Source of the DNA: Oscillospiraceae bacterium
Lineage (GTDB): Bacteria > Bacillota > Clostridia > Oscillospirales > SIG627
DNA: 64,000 nucleotides
Direction: 5' to 3'
NCBI GenBank assembly: GCA_015065085.1
Contig: SVQW01000001.1
Location: forward strand, 21,750-85,749
Both the position numbers and the translations under genes were made by a program. A model generated the notes under the pieces. The model had not been told where the DNA came from and ran no database searches. It worked only from the letters and a program-made list of their open reading frames with translations. Every line of letters begins with the position of its first letter. Position 1 is the first letter of the stretch. Positions 25,290 to 36,016 of the stretch are shown piece by piece.

Positions 25290-26600
25290 ATGATTAATGT
25301 TATAGGAGCAGGTCTTGCGGGCTGTGAGGCAGCATGGCAGGCGGCAAAGCGCGGATGCGAGGTTCGCCTTATAGAAATGAAGCCGCATAAGTTCACTCCC
25401 GCTCACCACAGTGAAGGATTTGCTGAGCTTGTCTGTTCAAATTCACTAAGGTCAAACCAGCTTGAAAATGCAGTGGGACTTCTTAAAGAAGAAATGCGCC
25501 TTCTGGGCTCTCTGATAATAGAATCTGCTTATGCCAATATTGTCCCGGCAGGCAGTGCATTAGCGGTGGACAGAACAGCTTTTTCAGAGTACATCACCGA
25601 AAAGATTAAGAATCATCCGCTGATACATGTTGAACAGCGGGAAATAACCGACCTTGGCGAGTTTTCGGATGAAATTACCGTTGTTGCTACCGGACCGTTG
25701 ACATCCGATGCACTTTTTGATAATCTCAAACAGCTTCTCGGTCTTGAATATCTTTCTTTTTTTGATGCGGCGGCACCCATAGTGGAGTTTTCCAGCATCG
25801 ATACCGAAAAAGCATTTTTTGCCTCCCGATACGATAAGGGGGATGCGGACTATATAAACTGCCCCATGACCAAGGAGCAGTATGAGGCTTTTTACAACGA
25901 GCTTATAAACGCTCAGACGGCACAGCTCAAGGATTTTGACAATAAAGTGTTCGAGGGATGCATGCCTGTTGAGGTCATGGCAAAACGGGGAATAGAAACT
26001 CTTCTCTTCGGACCGCTGAAGCCGGTGGGACTTATCGATCCCAAAACCGGAAAAGAAGCATATGCCACCGTGCAGCTCAGATGTGACAATAAAGCAAAGA
26101 CAATGTACAATATTGTGGGCTTCCAGACACATTTGACCTTTGGTGAGCAAAAGAGGGTTTTCTCTATGATACCCGGCCTCGAAAACGCCAATTTCCTGCG
26201 TTACGGAGTAATGCACCGCAATACATTCATAAATTCACCAAAGCTTATGTCTCATTTCTATTCATTGAAGAATAACCCACGTCTGTTTTTTGCAGGTCAG
26301 ATGACAGGTGTGGAAGGATATGTCGAATCCGCCTCGTCCGGGCTTATGGCGGGTATAAATGCCGCTTGCCTCGAAAACGGACAGCCTCAGACAGCGTTCG
26401 GTAACATGACTGCAATAGGTGCGCTTGCCGAATACATTTGCGATGAGAGTGTAAGAGAATTCCAGCCCATGAACGTGAATTTCGGTATAATGGCATTGCC
26501 GGAAACCAAAATACGCGGCGGCAAAAAAGCCAAAAATGCTTATCTTGCCGAACGGGCACTGAATATTATAAGGAGCTATGCAGATGAAAATAATTGTTGA
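25290..26600 (+). CDS. trmFO: Methylenetetrahydrofolate--tRNA-(uracil-5)-methyltransferase TrmFO (Gid)
   Basis: [22 protein letters not shown]...[21 protein letters not shown]. Conserved dprA-topA-trmFO gene order. Confidence 0.9.
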   Translation: MINVIGAGLAGCEAAWQAAKRGCEVRLIEMKPHKFTPAHHSEGFAELVCSNSLRSNQLENAVGLLKEEMRLLGSLIIESAYANIVPAGSALAVDRTAFSEYITEKIKNHPLIHVEQREITDLGEFSDEITVVATGPLTSDALFDNLKQLLGLEYLSFFDAAAPIVEFSSIDTEKAFFASRYDKGDADYINCPMTKEQYEAFYNELINAQTAQLKDFDNKVFEGCMPVEVMAKRGIETLLFGPLKPVGLIDPKTGKEAYATVQLRCDNKAKTMYNIVGFQTHLTFGEQKRVFSMIPGLENANFLRYGVMHRNTFINSPKLMSHFYSLKNNPRLFFAGQMTGVEGYVESASSGLMAGINAACLENGQPQTAFGNMTAIGALAEYICDESVREFQPMNVNFGIMALPETKIRGGKKAKNAYLAERALNIIRSYADENNC

Positions 26601-27573
26601 TGCAATGAGCGGAGATAACGCTCCTGTTGAAATAATCAAAGGCGCAGTTCAGGCTCATGCCGAGCTGGGGGTTAATATTATTCTTGTTGGAGACACAGAT
26701 ACCGTAAATAGAGTAATGTCGGAAAATTCCCTTTCCTACGACGGCATTGAAATCTGTCATTCTGAAGGTGTTATCACTATGGAGGATAACCCTATATGTG
26801 TTATAAAAAGTAAAAAAGAATCTTCCATGGCAAAAGCATTTACTCTGCTTCGCGACGGTGCGGGTGATGCGGTGGTGTCCGCCGGTAATACCGGTGCGAT
26901 ACTTACAGGCGCAAGCCTTATTCTTAAAAAGATTAAAGGCATAAAGCGTGCCGCCATCGGAACAATAATTCCGCTTGACAATCCCATGCTGCTTTTGGAC
27001 AGCGGTGCAAATACGGACAATCAGCCTGAATATCTTCAGCAGTTTGCCGTGATGGGATATATCTACATGAAGAACATTTTCGGACTTGAAGCTCCACGCG
27101 TAGGGCTTATCAATAATGGTACCGAGGAAACCAAAGGTACCGAAGCGTATGTAAAGGCTCATGAACTGCTCAAGGAAACTGAGGGTATCAATTTCATCGG
27201 AAACATAGAGGGCAGAGATATCCCGTCAGGTGTATGCGACGTTATTGTGGCAGACGGTTTTACGGGTAACATCATACTTAAGCTTTGCGAGGGCTTCGGT
27301 TCGTATATGTCCCGTACTCTCAAGGGTATTTTCAAAGAGAGCGTTATTACAAAGCTGGGGGCATTTATGGTTCTGCCTCAGGTGAAAGCTCTTAAAAAGA
27401 AATTGGATCACACCGAATACGGCGGAGCACCGCTTCTGGGCGTGTCGGCACCCGTCATAAAGGCTCACGGCTCATCAAATGCAAAGGCGTTCAAAAACGC
27501 CGTGAAGCAGGCAAAAATATTTGCCGAAACAGGCATAACTCAGGAAATAATAAACGCTATGGCGAAAAAATAA
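26584..27573 (+). CDS. plsX: Phosphate acyltransferase PlsX
   Basis: [14 protein letters not shown]..., SAGNTGA, and [12 protein letters not shown]. An alternative ATG lies at 26578. Confidence 0.92.
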   Translation: MKIIVDAMSGDNAPVEIIKGAVQAHAELGVNIILVGDTDTVNRVMSENSLSYDGIEICHSEGVITMEDNPICVIKSKKESSMAKAFTLLRDGAGDAVVSAGNTGAILTGASLILKKIKGIKRAAIGTIIPLDNPMLLLDSGANTDNQPEYLQQFAVMGYIYMKNIFGLEAPRVGLINNGTEETKGTEAYVKAHELLKETEGINFIGNIEGRDIPSGVCDVIVADGFTGNIILKLCEGFGSYMSRTLKGIFKESVITKLGAFMVLPQVKALKKKLDHTEYGGAPLLGVSAPVIKAHGSSNAKAFKNAVKQAKIFAETGITQEIINAMAKK

Positions 27574-27590
27574 GGGAAGATAAGAGTTAA

Positions 27591-28319
27591 ATGGAATATC
27601 CCGTAAGCTTTACACAAAAAACACAGGAATTGCAGAATGCAGTAGGGTACACGTTCAAAAATCCCGTATATATGTATGAGGCGCTGACTCACTCATCGTT
27701 TTCGAATGAGCAAAAGAGCCGTCATAAGGATTACCCTTGTAATGAACGTCTGGAGTTTTTGGGGGATTCGGTGCTGTCCTTTGTGGTATCGGATTATATT
27801 TTCAACGGCATTGGCAGATACCAGGAGGGCGACCTTACCAAAATACGCTCTGCGGCAGTATGTGAGGATGCTTGTTTTGAATATGCAAAAAAGTTTGAGC
27901 TCGGAAAATATATGCTTTTGGGAAAAGGCGAGGAAAACGCGGGCGGCAGAGAGCGCAAATCCATTCTTGCCGATGCGTTCGAGGCTTTTTTGGCGGCTGT
28001 TTTTATGGATGGCGGTATCGAGCCGGCACGTGAATTTCTACTGCCTTATATCAAAAAAAGCGTTAACCGTATAATTTCAAACGGCAACCTCAGAGACTAT
28101 AAGACACTTCTTCAACAGTTTGTTCAGCAGAATAAAGGCGACATTCTGGAGTACCGTCCGATAGGCGAAAGCGGTCCCGACCACAACAAGGTTTTTGAGG
28201 TGGAGGTCAGCGTGAATAATAATGTTATCGGCAAGGGCAAGGGTTCTTCCAAACGCGAGGCAGAGCAGTCTGCGGCAAGAGCTGCACTTGAACTGTTCGG
28301 GCAGGCGACCAATGATTAA
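27591..28319 (+). CDS. rnc: Ribonuclease III
   Basis: RNase III signature NERLEFLGDSVL and a C-terminal dsRBD (GKGKGSSKREAEQSAARAAL). Confidence 0.95.
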   Translation: MEYPVSFTQKTQELQNAVGYTFKNPVYMYEALTHSSFSNEQKSRHKDYPCNERLEFLGDSVLSFVVSDYIFNGIGRYQEGDLTKIRSAAVCEDACFEYAKKFELGKYMLLGKGEENAGGRERKSILADAFEAFLAAVFMDGGIEPAREFLLPYIKKSVNRIISNGNLRDYKTLLQQFVQQNKGDILEYRPIGESGPDHNKVFEVEVSVNNNVIGKGKGSSKREAEQSAARAALELFGQATND

Positions 28320-29313
28320 GCATAAGAATATACCGATATTTGTCCCGCATGTGGGATGTCCAAACGACTGCGTGTTTTGTAATCAGAGAAAAATATCAGG
28401 TAAAACCGAGTTTGATGCAGATACCGTAGTGCCCGAAATTGAAAGGGCTTTAAGGACCATTCCCGAGGAATGCAGTGTTCAGATAGCATATTTTGGCGGA
28501 AGCTTTACGGGTATAGAGCCTGAATTAATGCTAAGGCTTCTGAAAATTGCGTCCGATTATGTGAAAAGTGGTGCCGTGCATTCGGTAAGACTTTCCACAC
28601 GCCCCGATTTTATAGATGAAAAAGTACTGGATATACTTCAAAAACACCATGTTAAAACCATTGAAATAGGCTTTCAGAGTATGGATGACGAGGTACTGCG
28701 CGCTTCCAGGCGTGGTCACACCGCACAGCAAAGCTACCGTGCAGCGGAGCTTATCAAAGCTTACGGATTTGAGCTTGTGGGACAGATGATGACAGGTCTT
28801 CCCGGGTCATCTTACGAAAAAGAGATTTTCACCGCATCCGAAATATGTCGCATGGGCGCTGATGCAGCACGAATTTACCCCACGGTAGTGTTTTATGATA
28901 CCGAGTTGTGCGATATGGCTAAGAATAATGTCTATACACCCATGTCGATAGAGCAGTCGGTTGAGTCGGCATATAACGTATATAAGGTGTTTATGCAAAA
29001 CGGTGTAGATGTAATACGTTGCGGACTTTGTGCGGCGGATAATCTTTTTGAAGAGGATACCGTTTACTCCGGCGGATACCACGAAGCGCTGGGCGAGCTT
29101 GTGGAGTCGCGCATATTTTACGACAAGATAACAGAAAAGCTTACTGCTGAATTAACCAATGAAATTTCCATTGTCGTCGCACGGGGAATGACCTCCCGTG
29201 CCGTCGGTCACAAAAAAGAGAACAAAATAAAGCTGTATGAAAATTACGGCATTAAGAAAATGACAATAACCGAAAGCAGTGAGCTTTCGGGATTTGAGGT
29301 CAAAATTAATTGA
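28312..29313 (+). CDS. Radical SAM protein (ELP3-like / rnc-associated family)
   Basis: CPNDCVFCNQ CxxxCxxC motif near the N-terminus. The start overlaps the rnc end by 8 nt. Confidence 0.8.
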   Translation: MIKHKNIPIFVPHVGCPNDCVFCNQRKISGKTEFDADTVVPEIERALRTIPEECSVQIAYFGGSFTGIEPELMLRLLKIASDYVKSGAVHSVRLSTRPDFIDEKVLDILQKHHVKTIEIGFQSMDDEVLRASRRGHTAQQSYRAAELIKAYGFELVGQMMTGLPGSSYEKEIFTASEICRMGADAARIYPTVVFYDTELCDMAKNNVYTPMSIEQSVESAYNVYKVFMQNGVDVIRCGLCAADNLFEEDTVYSGGYHEALGELVESRIFYDKITEKLTAELTNEISIVVARGMTSRAVGHKKENKIKLYENYGIKKMTITESSELSGFEVKIN

Positions 29314-29328
29314 AAGGGTTGAAAGCGG

Positions 29329-32300
29329 TTGTACTTAAAACAGCTTGAAATACAAGGTTTCAAGTCCTTCCCGGACAAAGTGAAAATTGCGTTTGACAAA
29401 GGCATAACCGCGATAGTCGGTCCCAACGGAAGCGGAAAGAGCAATATTTCCGATGCCATAAGATGGGTTTTGGGCGAAATGTCCCCGAAGTCAATGCGCG
29501 GCGGAAAAATGGAGGACGTTATTTTCAACGGTACCTCTACCCGCCGACAGGCAAGCTTTGCAGAGGTAACCATGGAGCTTGACAACACCGACCGCAAGCT
29601 TGCGTGCGATGAGGACACTGTGTTTGTCACGCGACGTCTGTATCGCTCGGGTGAGAGCGAATATATGATAAATAAAAAGTCCACACGACTTAAGGACATT
29701 GTGGAGCTTTTCCTCAACACCGGTATAGGAAAAGAAGGCTATTCGGTAATAGGACAGGGAAGAATTGCCGAAATCATTTCGCAGAAAAGCGATGAACGCC
29801 GCGGTATTTTTGAAGAAGCGGCAGGCATTTCAAAATATAAATACCGTAAAAATGAAGCTATCAAAAAGCTGGCGGTGACTTCTGAAAATCAACTCAGGAT
29901 ATTTGATATTCTTTCGGAAACCGAAAAGCGCCTGCCTGTGTTGGAACGCCAGGCGGAAAAAGCCACAAAGTACCGTGAATATATCGGTGTAAAGAAGAAT
30001 CTTGAAATTTCTCTGTGGTATGAAAGGATAAAGACACTGCGCGAGGAACGCGCAGTGAATGAAGAGAACTGCAACGCGCAGAAGGTACTTCTTGATAAAC
30101 TTACAGAAAAGCTTGAAGTTACTGAAAATGAAATAGACAAAAAATATATCCTTACCCAGAAGCTCAATGCCGAAGCATCAGAAATACAGGAAAAGCTTAA
30201 GGATATAACACGCGAACAAGGTGAAATAAGTGCGAAAATCTCCGTTCATATGAATGACGCGGAACACTTTTCAAAGACTCTTGATGAGCAGAGTGCCAGT
30301 ATCGACACCGCGCAGAATAGCCTTGATGAGCTTGTACCTCAGCGCGAGAGTTTGTTGAAAGAGTATAACGATAAAATCGAAAGCTCAAAGACCTTTGAAC
30401 AGCGTGAAAAAGCTCTTGAAGCTCATGGTGAAGAATTGTCGTCAGAGCTTGAAGAATTGTCCCGTCTGAAAACGGAAAAGCAGGCAAAAATAGATCAGAC
30501 AGACGAAAAAATCACCTCTCATGAACTTCTTATAAAATCCCGCGAGGGCTTTGAAAGTGCACGTAAGCAGCGCATAACCAAGATAGATGAAAAAATCAAG
30601 CTGGTTTCGGTTCAGCTTGATGTTCTGAGTGCGGAAAATGCAGAAAAAGAGCAACGCAAAAAAGAAATTTTGGAAAATGCTGCCGAATTTGAAAAAGTGG
30701 TTGATGATGAGACACAGGCACTTGATACTCTCCGCGGCGAGCTTGAAGACCTGAGCACTTTACAACAGAATAAACGCCTGAAGCTTATGGAGCTTAATCA
30801 GCGCAACGAAACCTTAAAGCGCATGGAGAGGCTTTTGGAGGGCTATGCAGGCAGCGTGAAGGAAATTATGAGGGCGGCTCAGGATAAAATCCTGGTCGGA
30901 ATTCACAATCCTGTTTCAAAAATAATCCGTTCGGATGAAAAATATGTAGTTGCCATTGAAACTGTTCTGGGCGGAAAAATGCAGAATATCGTGTGTGAAA
31001 ACGACGAATCTGCCAAGGCGGCAATAGCTTTTCTTAAGCGCACCAATTCGGGAAGAGCCACATTTATGCCTCTCAACACTGTCAGCGGTTCAAGCTTTGT
31101 TCCGGTAAACGGTGTCGAAAAAATGCCGGGTTATATCGGCACCGCAAGCAGTGTTTGTACTTATGACAAAATATATGAAAATGTAATCGAAAACCTTCTG
31201 GGTAGGACTATTGTTGCGGATAATATCGATAATGCTGCTTCCATTGCAAAAAAATTGGATTTCAGGGTGAGGATAGTAACCCTTGACGGTCAGATAATAA
31301 ATGCCGGAGGTTCCTTTACCGGAGGTCAGACAGTTGCAAAATCGGGTATTTTGTCACGTAACCGAGACATACTTCAGCTTTCCGAAGAGCTTAAGATCAC
31401 AGAGGCTCAATTTAACGACGTATCGAAACAGTATGCCGAAAAGGAAGATGCGGTTAAAGCATGTGAGAATAATCTTCGCCAGGCTCAACGCGAATTGTCG
31501 GTTGTCAACGAGCGCATAATGGGTATCGAGAACGAATTGAAGCTTGATACGGAACGTCAGCAGAATATACGCGACAGTATTGCGGCGCTGGAAAATGAAA
31601 GAAAAGAAATAACGGGCGGTTCAAAGACCGTGGACGAGGAAATAGCGGATATCCGCGGCAAAATTTCTTCTCTTAAAACTGTTCTCGACGGCGAAAAATC
31701 AGAATATGAAAAGCTTGACCGGCAGTATAATAAAGTGCAGTCGGAGCTTGAAAAGAACAAAAACGATAAAACTGCATTTTATATCGAGCGTGAATCCTTT
31801 AACGGAGAAACGGCACGTATGCGTGATAAGCTCACTTCTCTTTCTGTGCTGATAAACAATGTAAATCAGACTTTGGAAAGCGCTAAAAAGGGTTTGGAAG
31901 CCGCAAAAGTTGCCATCAGCAATGCAGATAAGGAAAAATCCGAACTGGAAACCGCATTGGAAGCGCTTAAAAAGGGTGAGGAGGTCATAAAGAATGACCA
32001 TAAGAGCCTCATGGAGCAGGCAGATAACGCACAAAAAGAACTGTTTGACTTGCGTGCTTCTCAAAAATCCCAAAGTATAGAAAAGGAATCTGTGCTCAGT
32101 CTTTACACAACCCTTAAATCCAAGCTGGATGCCAATAATGCCGAAAATGACAATCTTATTTCCATGCTGTGGGAGGAGTATGAATTCACATATACCGATG
32201 CGGAAAAGTACGTTGCCGAAAATCCGACAGAAGGTGACAGAAAAGAAAAGAACCGTGCGCTGGGCGAAGTGAAGATGCAGATAAAACAGCTTGGTGCGGT

Positions 32301-32913
32301 AAATATGGAAGCTGTTGAGCAGTTTGAAGAGGAAAAGAAGAATTATGCCTTTGTAAAGGCTCAATATGACGATATAGACAACGCCAAGAAGGAGCTTGAA
32401 AAGCTTATAAGCTCCATTGAAGCCATTATGCGTGAAATGTTTATGCGTACCTTTGAACAGATACGTGAAAACTTCAAGCAGACCTTTGCCGAGCTTTTCG
32501 GCGGCGGTTACGGCGAAATTAAGCTGGTTGACAACGGCGATATATTGGATTGCGGTATCGATATCAATATTCAGCCGCCGGGAAAGGTAATCAAGAGCCT
32601 TTCGCTTCTTTCGGGCGGCGAGCAGTCATTCGTTGCCATAGCGCTGTATTTTGCAATACTCAATGTTACCCCTGCACCATTCTGCGTGTTTGACGAAATC
32701 GAGGCGGCACTGGATGATACAAACGTGTATCGTTTTGGCGAATATATGAAAAAATATATTGATAATACTCAGTTTATCGTTATCACTCACCGTCGTGGCA
32801 CAATGGAAGCCGCAGATATACTTTACGGTGTCACTATGCAGGAAAAGGGTGTAACCGACTTCCTCAAAATTGACTTTAACCAAATCGAACTGAAAGGATT
32901 CAAGGCTGAATAA
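29329..32913 (+). CDS. smc: Chromosome segregation protein SMC (TTG start)
   Basis: Walker A GPNGSGKSNISDA, long coiled coils, a hinge, the C-terminal signature LSGGEQSF, and Walker B FCVFDEIEAALD. 1194 aa. Confidence 0.95.
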   Translation: MYLKQLEIQGFKSFPDKVKIAFDKGITAIVGPNGSGKSNISDAIRWVLGEMSPKSMRGGKMEDVIFNGTSTRRQASFAEVTMELDNTDRKLACDEDTVFVTRRLYRSGESEYMINKKSTRLKDIVELFLNTGIGKEGYSVIGQGRIAEIISQKSDERRGIFEEAAGISKYKYRKNEAIKKLAVTSENQLRIFDILSETEKRLPVLERQAEKATKYREYIGVKKNLEISLWYERIKTLREERAVNEENCNAQKVLLDKLTEKLEVTENEIDKKYILTQKLNAEASEIQEKLKDITREQGEISAKISVHMNDAEHFSKTLDEQSASIDTAQNSLDELVPQRESLLKEYNDKIESSKTFEQREKALEAHGEELSSELEELSRLKTEKQAKIDQTDEKITSHELLIKSREGFESARKQRITKIDEKIKLVSVQLDVLSAENAEKEQRKKEILENAAEFEKVVDDETQALDTLRGELEDLSTLQQNKRLKLMELNQRNETLKRMERLLEGYAGSVKEIMRAAQDKILVGIHNPVSKIIRSDEKYVVAIETVLGGKMQNIVCENDESAKAAIAFLKRTNSGRATFMPLNTVSGSSFVPVNGVEKMPGYIGTASSVCTYDKIYENVIENLLGRTIVADNIDNAASIAKKLDFRVRIVTLDGQIINAGGSFTGGQTVAKSGILSRNRDILQLSEELKITEAQFNDVSKQYAEKEDAVKACENNLRQAQRELSVVNERIMGIENELKLDTERQQNIRDSIAALENERKEITGGSKTVDEEIADIRGKISSLKTVLDGEKSEYEKLDRQYNKVQSELEKNKNDKTAFYIERESFNGETARMRDKLTSLSVLINNVNQTLESAKKGLEAAKVAISNADKEKSELETALEALKKGEEVIKNDHKSLMEQADNAQKELFDLRASQKSQSIEKESVLSLYTTLKSKLDANNAENDNLISMLWEEYEFTYTDAEKYVAENPTEGDRKEKNRALGEVKMQIKQLGAVNMEAVEQFEEEKKNYAFVKAQYDDIDNAKKELEKLISSIEAIMREMFMRTFEQIRENFKQTFAELFGGGYGEIKLVDNGDILDCGIDINIQPPGKVIKSLSLLSGGEQSFVAIALYFAILNVTPAPFCVFDEIEAALDDTNVYRFGEYMKKYIDNTQFIVITHRRGTMEAADILYGVTMQEKGVTDFLKIDFNQIELKGFKAE

Positions 32914-33830
32914 TGGGTTTTTTTGAAAAATTAAAGCAGGGACTTACCAAAACAAAGGAAAGCATTGTCAAACAGGTGGATAACCTTTTCAAGGCTTTTG
33001 TTAAGGTAGACGAGGATTTTCTTGAAGAACTTGAGGAGCTTCTCATACTCGCGGATCTCGGTGTGGGTGTGGCGAGCGAAATAATTGATAAGCTTCGTGA
33101 AAAAATCAAGGACGAAAGACTGGAAGACAGCGAGCAGGTAAAATCTGCACTCAAAGAGATACTCGTTGAAAGCATAAGCGCGGAGGATAATTCTCTTAAA
33201 CTGGATACCAAGCCTTCCACTGTTCTCGTAATAGGTGTAAACGGAGTAGGTAAGACTACTTCAATTGCAAAAATCGCTAATTGCCTCAGGCAAAGCGGTA
33301 AAAAGGTTCAGCTTGCTGCGGCGGATACCTTCCGCGCGGCAGCTATTGAACAGCTTGAGGTATGGGCAAACCGTGCCGGTGTGGACATTGTTAAGCAAAG
33401 TGAGGGCAGTGATCCCGCAGCGGTGGTGTTTGATGCAATTTCCTCAGCAAAGCATAACGGTACGGATGTTCTTGTTATAGATACTGCGGGACGTCTGCAT
33501 AATAAAAAGAACCTGATGGATGAGCTTAACAAGATAAATCGCGTGATTGATCGTGAGCTTCCGGGGTGCTCCAGAGAGGTACTTTTAGTTCTGGATGCTA
33601 CAACGGGTCAGAATGCTGTAAATCAGGCTAAGGAATTTAAAAATGCGGCTGATATAACCGGTATTGTACTCACCAAGCTGGACGGAACAGCCAAGGGCGG
33701 TATTGTTTTTTCAATAAAGAAAGAACTTGATATCCCCGTAAAATATATCGGCGTAGGTGAAAAAATGGAAGACCTTCAGCCTTTTGTTGCCACAGATTTT
33801 GTTAAAGCACTTTTTGACGACGAGGAATAG
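32913..33830 (+). CDS. ftsY: Signal recognition particle receptor FtsY
   Basis: GVNGVGKTTSIAKIA, DTAGRL and TKLDGTAKGG SRP-GTPase motifs. TAATG overlap with smc. Confidence 0.95.
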   Translation: MGFFEKLKQGLTKTKESIVKQVDNLFKAFVKVDEDFLEELEELLILADLGVGVASEIIDKLREKIKDERLEDSEQVKSALKEILVESISAEDNSLKLDTKPSTVLVIGVNGVGKTTSIAKIANCLRQSGKKVQLAAADTFRAAAIEQLEVWANRAGVDIVKQSEGSDPAAVVFDAISSAKHNGTDVLVIDTAGRLHNKKNLMDELNKINRVIDRELPGCSREVLLVLDATTGQNAVNQAKEFKNAADITGIVLTKLDGTAKGGIVFSIKKELDIPVKYIGVGEKMEDLQPFVATDFVKALFDDEE

Positions 33831-33836
33831 AGAATT

Positions 33837-34445
33837 ATGAAATTGGTTATTTCATCAAGAAATCAGAAAAAAATCAAGGAACTCAGAAAAATATTTGCCG
33901 ACAGCATTCCCGAAAACACTCCCGAGCTTCTTTCACTGGATGATATAGGCTTTGAGGGTGATGTTGAGGAAAACGGCACAACCTTTGAAGAAAATGCCAT
34001 GATAAAGGCAAAGGCGATATATGATTTCTGCGGTCTGCCTGTGTTTGCGGACGACAGCGGAATATGTGCCAATGCATTAAACGGAGAACCCGGTATATAC
34101 TCAGCAAGATATGCGGGCGAAGACAAGAATGACGAAAAGAATATTGATAAGCTTATTGAAAAGCTTACCGATAAATCCGATAAAAGCGGGTATTTTGTGT
34201 GCGTGGTTGCTTACATTGACAAAAACGGAAAACAGCATATTTTCCGCGGCGAGTGCCATGGTACAATAATTGATACGCGCATGGGTGAAAACGGTTTTGG
34301 ATATGACCCTATATTTTACCTTGAAGAATATAAAAAGACCTTTGCACAGATAGATGCGGATTTGAAGAATAAAATCAGCCATCGAGCTGTGGCGATGGAT
34401 AAGTTTACACAAAAAATAAAAAAGGAAACGGAAGAACAATGCTGA
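33837..34445 (+). CDS. rdgB: Non-canonical purine NTP pyrophosphatase (RdgB/HAM1 family)
   Basis: SRNQKKIKEL, DDSGICANALNGEPGIYSARY, and FGYDPIF motifs. Confidence 0.9.
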   Translation: MKLVISSRNQKKIKELRKIFADSIPENTPELLSLDDIGFEGDVEENGTTFEENAMIKAKAIYDFCGLPVFADDSGICANALNGEPGIYSARYAGEDKNDEKNIDKLIEKLTDKSDKSGYFVCVVAYIDKNGKQHIFRGECHGTIIDTRMGENGFGYDPIFYLEEYKKTFAQIDADLKNKISHRAVAMDKFTQKIKKETEEQC

Positions 34446-34726
34446 CGAGTAAGCAAAGAGCAACTCTCCGCAGTATGGCAAACGGAATGGATACAATTTT
34501 CCAGCTCGGAAAAGGCGGAGTATGTGATAATTTTATAAAGCAGGTGGACGATGCCCTTACGGCACGCGAGCTTATAAAGCTTAGAATACTGGAAGCATCC
34601 ATGTACAGCGCACGGGAGGCGGCAGAAGAAATAGCTCCTCTTGTTGGCGCTGAGGTGGTGCAGGTAATAGGAACAAAATTTGTCCTTTACCGTCAAAATA
34701 AAGAAAAACCGAAAATAGAGATTTAA
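34439..34726 (+). CDS. yhbY: YhbY-like CRM-domain RNA-binding protein
   Basis: LTSKQRATLRSMANGMDTIFQLGKGGV...ELIKLRIL pattern. 95 aa. Upstream of nadD, as in many Firmicutes. Confidence 0.8.
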   Translation: MLTSKQRATLRSMANGMDTIFQLGKGGVCDNFIKQVDDALTARELIKLRILEASMYSAREAAEEIAPLVGAEVVQVIGTKFVLYRQNKEKPKIEI

Positions 34727-34744
34727 TTGCGTTTATGGTGGATT

Positions 34745-35365
34745 ATGAAGAAAAGATTTTGTGTGGGGATTTTCGGCGGCAGCTTTAATCCGCCGCATCT
34801 GGGACATGTACGCGCGGCGAAAAGCTTTTGCGATGCTGCACAGCCGGATGTTCTTATGGTAATTCCTTCATTTATGCCACCGCATAAAGTGCTGGACGAG
34901 GTGGGAGCCGATAAGCGACTTGAAATGGCGCGACTTGCGTTCAGCGGTGTTTACGGCTGTGTCGAAATTTCCGATTGCGAAATAACACGCGGCGGAAAAA
35001 GCTATACACTGTACACCGTGCAGGAAATACTCGGCAAATACCCCGAGTGTGATATCGCGTTGTACGTTGGAAGCGATATGCTTATGAGCTTTGATACCTG
35101 GCACAAGGCTGAGGAATTGTTCCGTCTGTGCAGGCTGTATGTTATGCCGCGTTTTGACGACCGGGTATTGCTTGAACAAAAGGCGGAGCAATACCGAAAA
35201 GAATATAATGCTGAAATAGTTTTTATCGACGGACCGTTTTACGAAATATCCTCCACTCAACTGCGCAGAGCCGTCAAAGAAAATGACAAGCTTTTTTTGA
35301 ACGAAAATCTGCCGGAGGATGTACTTTTGTACTTACAAAAAGAAAAGCTTTACTTGAAAGGATAA
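34745..35365 (+). CDS. nadD: Nicotinate-nucleotide adenylyltransferase
   Basis: GIFGGSFNPPHLGHV (HxGH motif) and the ISSTQLR motif. I prefer the ATG at 34745 over the TTG at 34727. Confidence 0.9.
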   Translation: MKKRFCVGIFGGSFNPPHLGHVRAAKSFCDAAQPDVLMVIPSFMPPHKVLDEVGADKRLEMARLAFSGVYGCVEISDCEITRGGKSYTLYTVQEILGKYPECDIALYVGSDMLMSFDTWHKAEELFRLCRLYVMPRFDDRVLLEQKAEQYRKEYNAEIVFIDGPFYEISSTQLRRAVKENDKLFLNENLPEDVLLYLQKEKLYLKG

Positions 35366-35369
35366 AAAG

Positions 35370-36011
35370 ATGTTTTTAGCAGGCAAAATCAGAGAACGGA
35401 TAAAAGCAGAACTTTCTCCGGAGCGTGTGCGTCACGTTTTTGCGGTTGAGGAGGAGGCTCAGGCTTTGTGTAAAGTTCTTGATTGTACTGAATATTATGA
35501 AGATCTGAGCTATGCCGCACTTCTTCATGACATAACAAAAGAGAAGAATTATCAAGAACAGTTGAAATTATGTGATAAATACGATATAATACTTTCGGAT
35601 GAGCAGCGTCTGTCTCCAAAAACCATACATGCCATAACGGCTGCTGCGGTTGCAAAGAATGAATACGGAATGAAGTCCAATATATGTTCCGCTATCCGTC
35701 GCCACACCACGGGTCACCAGGAAATGAATTTGTTTGAAAAAATAATTTTCATTGCGGATTATATTGAGAAGACCCGCGAGGAAAGCGCATGTCGCATGGC
35801 GCGCGAGCAATTTTACAACGAAGTGGCTTGTGTGGATGATATAAAAAGTAGATATGTGGCACTTGACAGAGTTGTACTTTTGTCGTTGAGCCAGACAATA
35901 AAATACCTTGCTGAAAAGAATTTGTACATAAACGAAAATACATTCAAGGCAAGGAATCGTTTGTGTCTGATGCTTTACCCCGAAAAGAATAATTATCAGA
36001 AAAAGGATTGA
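35370..36011 (+). CDS. yqeK: HD-domain protein YqeK (bis(5'-nucleosyl)-tetraphosphatase-like)
   Basis: HD motif LLHDITKE. Conserved position after nadD. Confidence 0.8.
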   Translation: MFLAGKIRERIKAELSPERVRHVFAVEEEAQALCKVLDCTEYYEDLSYAALLHDITKEKNYQEQLKLCDKYDIILSDEQRLSPKTIHAITAAAVAKNEYGMKSNICSAIRRHTTGHQEMNLFEKIIFIADYIEKTREESACRMAREQFYNEVACVDDIKSRYVALDRVVLLSLSQTIKYLAEKNLYINENTFKARNRLCLMLYPEKNNYQKKD

Positions 36012-36016
36012 ACAGT

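Noticed and set aside
24329-25396. A 355-aa minus-strand ORF.
   Set aside because: It is antisense to topA/trmFO, which have unambiguous motifs. It has no motifs of its own.
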